DNA from: Demequinaceae bacterium
Lineage (GTDB): Bacteria > Actinomycetota > Actinomycetes > Actinomycetales > Demequinaceae
NCBI GenBank assembly: GCA_965250005.1
Contig: OZ252279.1
Location: 1,410,001 to 1,442,000, forward strand
DNA: 32,000 bases
Reading direction: 5' to 3'
In this document: positions 1-7,851 of the stretch, piece by piece
How positions within the stretch are numbered: the stretch's first letter is position 1
How the letters are laid out: each line of letters begins with the position of its first letter
Position numbers and translations under genes: made by a program
The notes under the pieces: model-generated
Seen by the model: the letters and a program-made list of their open reading frames with translations, nothing else
Databases searched by the model: none
What the model was told of the DNA's origin: nothing

Positions 1-487
1 CGAGGGCGAACACGAAGCCGAGCACAAGGATTTGAGCCCATGCCGCTCCGCGTGCCGGATCCACGAACTGCGGCAGCACCGCAGCGACGAACACGATGGT
101 CTTGGGGTTCAGCACTCCGACGACGAAGGACTCGCTCAACAATTTGCTGGTAGGCGGGATTGCCTGTGCGTCATCGTCCGCTGGCACGTCCAGGCCCTCA
201 CGCCGGTGGCGGATCGCCTGGATTCCCAAGTAGATCAAGTAGCCACCGCCGAACCACTTGAGAACCGTGAACGCTGTCGCGGATGCCGCAATCACCGCGC
301 CGATGCCGACAGCCACCAGGATGGTGTGAGCCACCTCGCCACCGGTATTGCCCACCACGCTCACAAGAGCGGCGCGCTTGCCGTGCTGCAGTGCCCGGCC
401 GACGATGAAGAGAATGCTCGGTCCCGGGATGACGATGACCACGAATGCGAGCGCTGTAAACGCTACGAGCGTGTTGAGGCTGACCAT
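1..487 (-). CDS. LysE/RhtB-family amino-acid exporter; N-terminal part only, the C-terminus lies beyond the left window edge
   Basis: Absent from the ORF track because it runs off the edge. Manual reverse translation from ATG 487..485 stays open to position 1. It reads MVSLNTLVAFTALAFVVIVIPGPSILFIVGRALQHGKRAALVSVVGNTGGEVAHTILVAVGIGAVIA...GVLNPKTIVFVAAVLPQFVD, which has the PGP-containing N-terminus and hydrophobic periodicity typical of LysE-family translocators. The overlapping track ORFs 32..778(+) and 198..1247(-) are Arg/His-rich shadow frames. Confidence 0.7.
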   Translation of the reverse strand, partial: MVSLNTLVAFTALAFVVIVIPGPSILFIVGRALQHGKRAALVSVVGNTGGEVAHTILVAVGIGAVIAASATAFTVLKWFGGGYLIYLGIQAIRHRREGLDVPADDDAQAIPPTSKLLSESFVVGVLNPKTIVFVAAVLPQFVDPARGAAWAQILVLGFVFAL

Positions 488-496
488 GCCCCGACC

Positions 497-1843
497 CTAC
501 CCGCGCCGGGCGACGGCGAGGCGGGCGAGGACTGCCGCGAGCAGCACCAGCGCGAACGCCTGCCACGCGGTCACTTCGACCGTCGCCGCTCGAGCCGTGA
601 ATCCTTCGAGCACCCCGCGAAATCCCACTACGGCGAAACCGATCATCCCGAGTATCGCACTCACGCTCGCGAGCCCGGCGAGAACCATGCGCCACCACGC
701 CCGGCCCACGGTGGCGGAGCGCGCGGGCGGCCGGTCGAAGCGCCGGAACGTGAGAACGCACAGGCCCACGAGCACTAGGAACAGGACGAACAGAGGCAGC
801 CTCAACGCCCACCATGCTCCAGTTCCCGGCGGCCCAAACACCGGCGCGCCCACCGCGTAGAGCAACCCGTACATTCCCATCAGCGCAACGAAGTGCCACA
901 AGAACGCGGTCATCGCCACCGAGCCAGCGGCGATCACCACGCTCCAAGGGCGACGTCCCTGAAGCCACCGCGTGAGAGCCGGGCGCAGCACGAGCAGCGC
1001 ACCCGCCTGCGCGACCGCGAACGTCAGGAGCACTACCGTGGGCGGCGCGAGGTTCGACAGCTTCTCGCCCGGGTAGGAGATGAGCGAGTCGCCGTACGGG
1101 CCAAGCCAAATCAAGTGTGCCGACGCCGCGGTCCCCAGCCCGAGCATCGTCCACCCGAGTTTGACTCCCCGGCGGTTGGCGACGCCGTCGGCGTAGAAGA
1201 AGCCGAGCTGGTGGATGGCGAGCCACACGAACGCGAAGTTGAGCCACATCACGTGCGGGACGTCGAGGCCCAGGCGCAGCACGTCAACCGCCACTACTGA
1301 GCCGGCAAGGGCAGCGAGGGCTCGCCAGCCAAACCGCTCGTGCACGCGCAGCATCGCGGGCGCAAGTGCGGCGGCGATCAAGTAGATGCCAATGAACCAC
1401 AGCAGCTGCCCGGCAATCTGGAGCGCGAACGCCGCGGTCTCTCCCACCTCAAGCAGCAACTCAACCGCGACGGACGCGACCATGCCCACCGCAACGAACG
1501 CCAGCGCGGGCAACACCAGCCGCGAGATGCGCGCGTGAACAAAGTCCGCGTACCCGCCGCCGCGCTTGGCGAGCGACCGCCACGCGACCGCGTGTGCGAA
1601 GCCGCCCACCACGAAGAACACGGGCATCACTTGCAGCAGCCAGGTCCCGGCTCGGGCCCACCAGAACCACGACACCAGGTTGTCGGTGTCCCACACGTCT
1701 CCTGCGGGGCCCTCCTCGATCACGATGACCGCGAGAAAGAAGTGGCCGATCATGACGCCGGCGAGCGACGCCACGCGCAGGAAATCTACGTAGCGGTCGC
1801 GCGACGCGGGGGTCCCGGCCACGAGGGAGGCGACGTCGCTCAT
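497..1843 (-). CDS. Acyltransferase family 3 (OafA/YrhL-like) integral membrane protein
   Basis: 448-aa ORF that is hydrophobic throughout, with many predicted TM helices. The N-terminal RDRYVDFLRVASLAGVMIGHFF motif is typical of acyltransferase_3 proteins. It ends 9 nt upstream of the LysE start, so the two may form an operon. Confidence 0.7.
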   Translation of the reverse strand: MSDVASLVAGTPASRDRYVDFLRVASLAGVMIGHFFLAVIVIEEGPAGDVWDTDNLVSWFWWARAGTWLLQVMPVFFVVGGFAHAVAWRSLAKRGGGYADFVHARISRLVLPALAFVAVGMVASVAVELLLEVGETAAFALQIAGQLLWFIGIYLIAAALAPAMLRVHERFGWRALAALAGSVVAVDVLRLGLDVPHVMWLNFAFVWLAIHQLGFFYADGVANRRGVKLGWTMLGLGTAASAHLIWLGPYGDSLISYPGEKLSNLAPPTVVLLTFAVAQAGALLVLRPALTRWLQGRRPWSVVIAAGSVAMTAFLWHFVALMGMYGLLYAVGAPVFGPPGTGAWWALRLPLFVLFLVLVGLCVLTFRRFDRPPARSATVGRAWWRMVLAGLASVSAILGMIGFAVVGFRGVLEGFTARAATVEVTAWQAFALVLLAAVLARLAVARRG

Positions 1844-1898
1844 GCGTTCAGGCTACGGCGTGCCAGCGCGCCAGCGCGCAATGGGTGATGCTAGGTGG

Positions 1899-2351
1899 CT
1901 AGCGTGCCGAAACGGCTTCGCGCGGATCCGGTCCGTATTCGTTGGTCCCGCGCTTAGGCTCGAGGATGCACATGATCAGCGGAACGATTCCAAGGCCGGC
2001 AAGGTTGAGCCACAACCAGTGACCCGACTGCCCCATGTCGTGGAGCCGCCGGGACTCGACGGCGAGGCTGGGTAACAACAGGACCAGCCACACCACGAAT
2101 GCAACAGCGACAGTCACGATGACCGGCCCCCAGTACAGGTCCGCGAACCCGACCTGTTCCTCTTCACCCCGGATCGCGCCGGTGTAGACGGGCGTGAACA
2201 GCGCGAAGTACGCAAGCATGGTCAAGAACTGAAGCGGCATGTTGATGATCATCACCGCGAGGTGGAACCACCAAAACTCCGACCGCCGAGCGCGGCCACT
2301 GAATTGCGTGTAGTTGCGCAGGGCCGACCGGAAAGCTTCACCAAAACTCAC
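1899..2351 (-). CDS. DUF805 (YhaH-like) small membrane protein
   Basis: 150 aa. The N-terminal FxxAlrNYtqFSGRARRSEFWWF signature followed by TM helices matches DUF805. The GTG start at 2351 has a GGAGG about 10 nt upstream on the minus strand. Confidence 0.75.
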   Translation of the reverse strand: MSFGEAFRSALRNYTQFSGRARRSEFWWFHLAVMIINMPLQFLTMLAYFALFTPVYTGAIRGEEEQVGFADLYWGPVIVTVAVAFVVWLVLLLPSLAVESRRLHDMGQSGHWLWLNLAGLGIVPLIMCILEPKRGTNEYGPDPREAVSAR

Positions 2352-2562
2352 GTCTGTGTAGCCTCCACGCTCTTAGGGTTTTCGTTCCAGCGGCTCGCAA
2401 GCCACGTGCTCGCATTCGGCGCGATAGCGTCGGCAATGGCACAACCCAACACGTCACGCCCCGACGCGAGGTCGTGGGTGCGTCGATGAATGATCACGAT
2501 GCCAGGATACGCCCCGCGCGCTAGATGGCCGGAGCACACGCGGCGGCCCGTATTGTGGGGCC

Positions 2563-3879
2563 ATGTCCGCCGTAGCCGATCTTCGTCTCCTGCTACGTAC
2601 GTCGGGATTTCGACGGCTCGCGTACGCACGCGTGCTGTCGCAAGGCGGCGACGGAATGTTCCAAGCGGGAATCGCCGCGACGTTCTTCTTCGACCCGAAC
2701 GAGAGCGCGACTCCCGTCGATATCGCACTCGGGTTCGTCGTGTTCTTCGCTCCGTTCACGCTGGTCGGGCCGTTCGTGGGTCCTCTCGTGGATCGATGGC
2801 AGCGACAACGCATCATCCTCGTCGGAAACCTCATTCGGGTCGTGCTCGCCGCGGGAATCGGCGCCGCGCTCGTATTCGACGGCCCGCTATGGACGCTCTA
2901 CGCGGGAGCACTCCTGACCCTCTCGGTGAATCGCTTCCTACTCGCGGCCATGACCGCCGGCATCCCGCGCGTGTCCCCGCCGGAGCAACTGTTGACCGCC
3001 AACGCGACGCTGCCCACGCTCGGGACCATCGCCGCGATCATCGGCGGCGGCTTCGGAATCTTCGCGTCCGTCCTCGCCCCGCGCCTGTCGGAGGACAACA
3101 TCGGCCTCACCACAATCGTGGCCGCGGGTATGGCGTTCGGGCTGTCGTCATGGGCTGCGACGCGGCTGACCCGAGGAGAGCTCGGGCCGGTGCACCCGCT
3201 CGCAAGCCTCGCGTTCGCCGCACAGGTGCGCGAGCTTTGGACGGAACTGCGCGACGGGGCGAAGTACCTGCACGCGCGCCGCACCCCCTGGCACGCGCTC
3301 GGCGTGATGGCCTCTCAGCGGCTCTTGTACGGCACCATGCTCGTGTCCGTGATGCTCGTCGCTCGCAATGTGCTGGCCGACCCCAACGATTCAGACGCGG
3401 GACTCGCAGAGCTCGGCAAGTGGCTGCTTTTCGCCGGCATTGGGTTCGGGCTCGCCGCCATCCTCACCCCCGCACTCGGGCACCGCATTCCGCGGCACAG
3501 TTGGATCGTCATGTGCCTAGGAATTGGCGCATTTGGCCAGTCGCTGCTCGCGTTCTCCAGCGAGCGGTGGGCGCTCTACGCTGCCGCGATCATCGTGAGT
3601 TTCGCGGTTCAAGGCGGGAAGATCGCCGTCGACACGATCGTGCAGCGCGACACCGACGACCAGGTGCGCGGGCGCGCTTTCACGTTGTACGACACCGCCT
3701 ACAACGTCGCCTTCATCTCGTCGGCGCTTGTCATTGCGCTGCTCTCGACCGTGGGCGTGCTGCCGGAATCTGGCTACTCCGCTGTAGTGATGGCAAGCCT
3801 CGCAGCGGTCTACGGGCTGCTCGCTCTCGTTTACAGCCGCGCTCCCGTTGTTCCGCGAAAAGTCTCGGCGCACAGCTAG
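2563..3879 (+). CDS. MFS transporter
   Basis: 438 aa with about 12 hydrophobic segments. The N-terminus (FRRLAYARVLSQGGDGMFQ) and a loop motif (GPLVDRWQRQR) are typical of MFS_1/enterobactin-exporter-like transporters. Confidence 0.7.
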   Translation: MSAVADLRLLLRTSGFRRLAYARVLSQGGDGMFQAGIAATFFFDPNESATPVDIALGFVVFFAPFTLVGPFVGPLVDRWQRQRIILVGNLIRVVLAAGIGAALVFDGPLWTLYAGALLTLSVNRFLLAAMTAGIPRVSPPEQLLTANATLPTLGTIAAIIGGGFGIFASVLAPRLSEDNIGLTTIVAAGMAFGLSSWAATRLTRGELGPVHPLASLAFAAQVRELWTELRDGAKYLHARRTPWHALGVMASQRLLYGTMLVSVMLVARNVLADPNDSDAGLAELGKWLLFAGIGFGLAAILTPALGHRIPRHSWIVMCLGIGAFGQSLLAFSSERWALYAAAIIVSFAVQGGKIAVDTIVQRDTDDQVRGRAFTLYDTAYNVAFISSALVIALLSTVGVLPESGYSAVVMASLAAVYGLLALVYSRAPVVPRKVSAHS

Positions 3880-3904
3880 CGCGCTCCGAAACTGCCGCCC
3901 GCCT

Positions 3905-5389
3905 TCAGGAGCGGTTCTGCCACCACTCACGCAGCTCCGTTGTCGCGCGTTCCTCACCGAGCGGGCCGTGCTCCATCCGCAGTTCAAGCATGTGCTTGTA
4001 CGCGGCACCAACGTCGCGCCCCGGCGGGATTCCAAGGATCTCCATGATCTGTTGACCGTCAAGGTCGGGCCGGATCGCGTCGAGTTCTTCTTGCTCGCGC
4101 AGTTCCGCGATGCGCCTCTCCAGGTCGTCGTACGCGTGCGCCAGCCGGTCGGCCTTGCGCCGGTTGCGCGTGGTGCAGTCCGCGCGCGTCACGCGATGCA
4201 GGCGCTCAAGTTGCTCCCCCGCATCGGTCACGTAGCGGCGCACTGCCGAGTCCGTCCACTTGGCCTCGCCGTAGCCGTGGAATCGCAAGTGAAGCTCAAC
4301 GAGTGCCGTGACGGCCTTGATCGTTTCCTTGTCGAATTTGAGTGCCCTGAGCCGCCTAGACGCGAGCTTGCCACCCACCACCTCGTGATGATGAAAACTC
4401 ACGGCGCCGCCGGACTCGAAGCGTCGGGTCGCGGGCTTGCCGATGTCGTGCAGGAGCGCGGCCAACCTGAGCGTGATGTCCGGGCCGGGAACCGCGCCGT
4501 CGGCCGCGGTCTCCAGATCAATCGCCTGTTCCAGCACCGTCAGCGTGTGTTCGTATACGTCCTTGTGATGGTGGTGCTCATCCGCTTCGAGCTGCAGCGC
4601 TGGAAGCTCCGGCAGCACGTGGGCAGCGAGGCCAATATCGACCAACTCTGTCAGCCCTGCGCGGGGGTTCGCCCCCATCAGCAGTTTGGTGAGCTCATCC
4701 CGAACGCGCTCCGCAGAAACGATCGTGATCCGCTCAGCCATGTCCGCGGCCGCCGCCCGCGTCGACGGCTCAACATCGAAGCCCAACTGAGACGCGAACC
4801 GCGCGGCCCGCATCATGCGCAGAGGGTCATCGCCAAAACTAGTTTCGGGCTCGATGGGGGTGCGCAGCAACCCGCCAGCGAGGTCCTCAAGTCCACCGAA
4901 GGGATCAACAAACTCCCTCGACGGAAGCCGCACGGCCATCGCGTTCACAGTGAAGTCGCGGCGTGCGAGGTCAGCCTCAAGAGTGTCGCCGAATCTGACC
5001 GCGGGCTTGCGCGTCTCGCCGTCGTACTCATCAGCGCGGTACGTGGTGACCTCAACCTGCAGTGCACCGCGCATCACGCCGATCGTCCCAAACTCGCGAC
5101 CCATATCCCACGTCTGCCCACCCCAGGCGTCAAGCAGTTTCTCGGTCTGATCCGGTAGCGCCGATGTTGCAAAGTCGAGGTCCGCGCTCGATCGCCCGAG
5201 GAACGCATCACGCACCGACCCACCAACCAGGGCTAGCTCGTGGCCATCCGCGGCGAAGGCTTCTGCTAGTTCCGTCACGTCCGCCGGCTGGGCAGCCCAA
5301 AGGCTAGCGGCGCGCTCGCGTAGGGTCTCGATACTTGGCACGTTAGAGGTCACAACAACCAAGCATCCCAGAAAGCGGGTCACGTCCAC
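3905..5389 (-). CDS. cca: CCA tRNA nucleotidyltransferase / poly(A) polymerase family with HD domain
   Basis: 494-aa ORF with the nucleotidyltransferase motifs LVGGSVRDAFLGR and RRDFTVNA and an HD domain (LLHDIGKP). It occupies the position of pcnA/cca (Rv3907c), divergent from a NUDIX gene. The start is uncertain: GTG 5389 leaves only 32 bp to the divergent gene, and in-frame GTGs at 5353 and 5341 give a more usual N-terminus. Confidence 0.85.
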   Translation of the reverse strand: MDVTRFLGCLVVVTSNVPSIETLRERAASLWAAQPADVTELAEAFAADGHELALVGGSVRDAFLGRSSADLDFATSALPDQTEKLLDAWGGQTWDMGREFGTIGVMRGALQVEVTTYRADEYDGETRKPAVRFGDTLEADLARRDFTVNAMAVRLPSREFVDPFGGLEDLAGGLLRTPIEPETSFGDDPLRMMRAARFASQLGFDVEPSTRAAAADMAERITIVSAERVRDELTKLLMGANPRAGLTELVDIGLAAHVLPELPALQLEADEHHHHKDVYEHTLTVLEQAIDLETAADGAVPGPDITLRLAALLHDIGKPATRRFESGGAVSFHHHEVVGGKLASRRLRALKFDKETIKAVTALVELHLRFHGYGEAKWTDSAVRRYVTDAGEQLERLHRVTRADCTTRNRRKADRLAHAYDDLERRIAELREQEELDAIRPDLDGQQIMEILGIPPGRDVGAAYKHMLELRMEHGPLGEERATTELREWWQNRS

Positions 5390-5421
5390 ATCAACCTAGC
5401 CGTGGTCGTTAGAGTGAGGCC

Positions 5422-5967
5422 ATGCCCTCGCCCCCTGTCCCTCGACCCAGCGCCAGGCCTCCGCTCCCTGACGCCACGCCCGAGCGCAAGGGCCGCGGCG
5501 ACACCACGGGTCGCGGGGCGAATTTGCCAGTCTCACATGAAATCTCGGCGGGAGGAATCGCCGTCCACGTTGTTGACGGCGAAGCAAACGCGGCGACGAT
5601 CGGTCGGCGAAACCGGAATGGCAAACTCGAATGGTGCCTACCCAAGGGTCATCTTGAGGGCGACGAAACACCTCAAGAGGCGGCCGTCCGCGAAATCGCG
5701 GAAGAGGCGGGCGTGCACGGTGAGATCATCCACTCGCTCGGCATCATCGACTACTGGTTCACGGGTGACGATAGACGGGTGCATAAAGTAGTGCACCACT
5801 TCTTGCTCGAGACGCACAGCGACGAGATAACCGCGGACAACGACCCGGACCAAGAGGCGGAAGTGGCCGAATGGGTGCCGCTTCGCGACCTCGCCAATCG
5901 CCTTGCATATCCAAATGAGCGCCGCATAGCCGAGGTCGCTGCCAAGTTGCTCGTCCTGGACACGTGA
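5422..5967 (+). CDS. NUDIX hydrolase (MutT4-like)
   Basis: 181 aa with a Nudix box GHLEGDETPQEAAVREIAEEAGV (GX5EX7REUXEEXGU). The N-terminal 35 aa are Pro/Arg-rich, and an alternative in-frame TTG lies at about codon 35. The stop overlaps the next gene's GTG (GTGA). Confidence 0.8.
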   Translation: MPSPPVPRPSARPPLPDATPERKGRGDTTGRGANLPVSHEISAGGIAVHVVDGEANAATIGRRNRNGKLEWCLPKGHLEGDETPQEAAVREIAEEAGVHGEIIHSLGIIDYWFTGDDRRVHKVVHHFLLETHSDEITADNDPDQEAEVAEWVPLRDLANRLAYPNERRIAEVAAKLLVLDT

Positions 5968-7850
5968 TCGTGCGCACGGCCCTACGTGCGGCGCGCGGAG
6001 CGCTCGCACTAGTCCTCGCTGCTGCGGTCGCCACCGGCGGGTCCGCGTTCGCAGCTGATGACGACCCCGAATCGCTTGCCCTCGAAGACGACTACATCGG
6101 GTTCACACTCACCGACTACGGCTCCAACTTCATCGAACCCGGTGGGTCGATTGTAGTGGGTGGAATAGTCACAAACGACTCCCTCGAGATGGTCGCCGGC
6201 CTCGAGGTGACGATCTCCGTATCAAGTTCGCCATTCGACTCTCGCGACCAACTCTCCGCGTGGGAATCTGGCCAGAGCGACGTGCCAACCCACGTGGTCG
6301 GACGCTCCAGCGTGGGCGGACCCGCCGGAATACCGGCCAAAGGAACCGTTCAAACCTTCTCGGTAGCCCCGACCTCCGACCTCGGGTTTGCCGCGGGCAT
6401 ATGGGGCGTGTACGGCGTCAACGTATCAGTCACGCGCGACGGTGTCGCGTTGCGGACTATCCGCACGTTCGCCACTTGGCTCGACGTCCCTGTCGAGTCC
6501 ATGCCCACCACCGTCATCGCGAGCGTCACTGGAGCACCGACGCGGGCCGCTGCGCTGCTCCAGGCTGCCAGCCGACCAGAGGTGAGCCTCTTGGTAGATC
6601 CGACTAGCCTCGGCTCTGACTCCGTCGGCCCAAGTATCGATGCCCGCGACACTTTTCTTCTTCCTGCGGGCCATGTAGATGTCGCGTCACTTGCCTATGG
6701 CGACCAAGTCGGGTTGCTTTCGCTGGCCCTCACTCGTGCCATTCAAGACAGGACAGAGGGCACACCGTGGATTGCCGTCGTGCCGCAAGCGGACCCAACG
6801 ACCGTGAGCTTCGCTCGTCAACTTGGTGCATTCGCCCTACTGCTCGATCCAGCGTCGGCAGCTGGTCCCAGTTACCCGCTCGCAGAGGCCACCAGCGGAG
6901 CCACTCTCGTACGCCCTGACCCCGGGCTCTCGCTGGTCCTCGCTCGCTCAGGGCCGACGGATCCAACGTCGGTTGCGCGGGTCCTCGCCGAATCCGCGAT
7001 GTTCGCGGTCGAGTCCGATTTCGCGCCCGTGATTGTAGCGCCGGGGTCTGGTTGGGTTGTGGGGGGCGACGACGGTTCGCCCGTCCTCGATGCGCTACTG
7101 GACGCGCCCTGGGTCGATCCCCTGACTCTCACCGACTTGCTGGCAAGTTTCCCGGCCGAGCGAGTCGAAGCCGACGAGCGCCCACCAGCCGACGAGGCAA
7201 TTCCTACGGGCGTACTTGCGCACGCCGCGAGAGCCCTGGAAGGCGCTGCACATGTGGCTCACGCTACGCCCGACGCCACCGGACTTCTTGGCGGCGCGGA
7301 GGCCGCGCTGCTGCACTCCTTCTCGTATGAGGGCCGGCGAAACCCAGAGGAGCGCGCTGCCGCGATTGACGAGGCAGTCTCGGCGCTCAACGAGATTCGG
7401 CGCGCGGTGCACGTTGCGGGCGCAGATGAACTCAATTTAATCTCATCGTCCGCCGAGTTACCCGTCACCGTTCGCAATGATTTGGACGCCGACGTCACCG
7501 TCACCGTTTTCGCCGTATCGTCTTCACCGATCCTGCGCATCGTTGAGCGTCCCGCCATAACCATCCCCGCGGCTTCCGAACTGCAAGTGCTGATTCCTGT
7601 TACAGCTGTCTCGAGCGCGAATATCACGGTGTCGGTCACGCTCCAAGACGACGTTGGCCACGTTCTTGCGGCTTCCTCAGACCTGAACGTGCGCGTGCGT
7701 GCTCAATGGGGCGACGTATTTACAGCGGTAGTGGGCGGCGGATTCGCGGTTCTTCTAGTCGCAGGTGCCATCCGGACCATCCGCCGCGGCCGCGCAAAGA
7801 CGCGCGGAACTCCACAACCTGAACCGGTAGCCGCACACGAGGGTCGTTGA
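5964..7850 (+). CDS. Conserved secreted/anchored protein of unknown function upstream of murJ (DUF6049-like, Rv3909 position)
   Basis: 628 aa. It has an N-terminal signal peptide (ALALVLAAAVATGGSAFA/ADDD), a large Ala/Val/Ser-rich extracytoplasmic body and a single C-terminal TM helix (VFTAVVGGGFAVLLVAGAI) followed by a basic tail. It is translationally coupled on both sides. The family assignment comes from synteny and architecture, not from a search. Confidence 0.55.
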   Translation: MIVRTALRAARGALALVLAAAVATGGSAFAADDDPESLALEDDYIGFTLTDYGSNFIEPGGSIVVGGIVTNDSLEMVAGLEVTISVSSSPFDSRDQLSAWESGQSDVPTHVVGRSSVGGPAGIPAKGTVQTFSVAPTSDLGFAAGIWGVYGVNVSVTRDGVALRTIRTFATWLDVPVESMPTTVIASVTGAPTRAAALLQAASRPEVSLLVDPTSLGSDSVGPSIDARDTFLLPAGHVDVASLAYGDQVGLLSLALTRAIQDRTEGTPWIAVVPQADPTTVSFARQLGAFALLLDPASAAGPSYPLAEATSGATLVRPDPGLSLVLARSGPTDPTSVARVLAESAMFAVESDFAPVIVAPGSGWVVGGDDGSPVLDALLDAPWVDPLTLTDLLASFPAERVEADERPPADEAIPTGVLAHAARALEGAAHVAHATPDATGLLGGAEAALLHSFSYEGRRNPEERAAAIDEAVSALNEIRRAVHVAGADELNLISSSAELPVTVRNDLDADVTVTVFAVSSSPILRIVERPAITIPAASELQVLIPVTAVSSANITVSVTLQDDVGHVLAASSDLNVRVRAQWGDVFTAVVGGGFAVLLVAGAIRTIRRGRAKTRGTPQPEPVAAHEGR

Positions 7851-7851
7851 C

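Noticed and set aside
198-1247. 349-aa minus-strand ORF, together with 32..778(+) and 348..860(+), overlapping the LysE and acyltransferase genes
   Set aside because: The translations are extremely Arg/Gly/Pro/His-rich with no motifs. They lie out of frame or antisense to ORFs with clear membrane-protein character. These are typical high-GC shadow ORFs.
2490-4055. 521-aa plus-strand ORF overlapping the MFS transporter in another frame
   Set aside because: The translation is Arg-rich and of low complexity (RRRRNVPSGNRRD...). The co-located 2563..3879 frame encodes a coherent 12-TM MFS protein.
3848-5158. 436-aa plus-strand ORF antisense to cca
   Set aside because: It has no recognisable motifs, whereas the opposite strand carries unambiguous nucleotidyltransferase and HD motifs.
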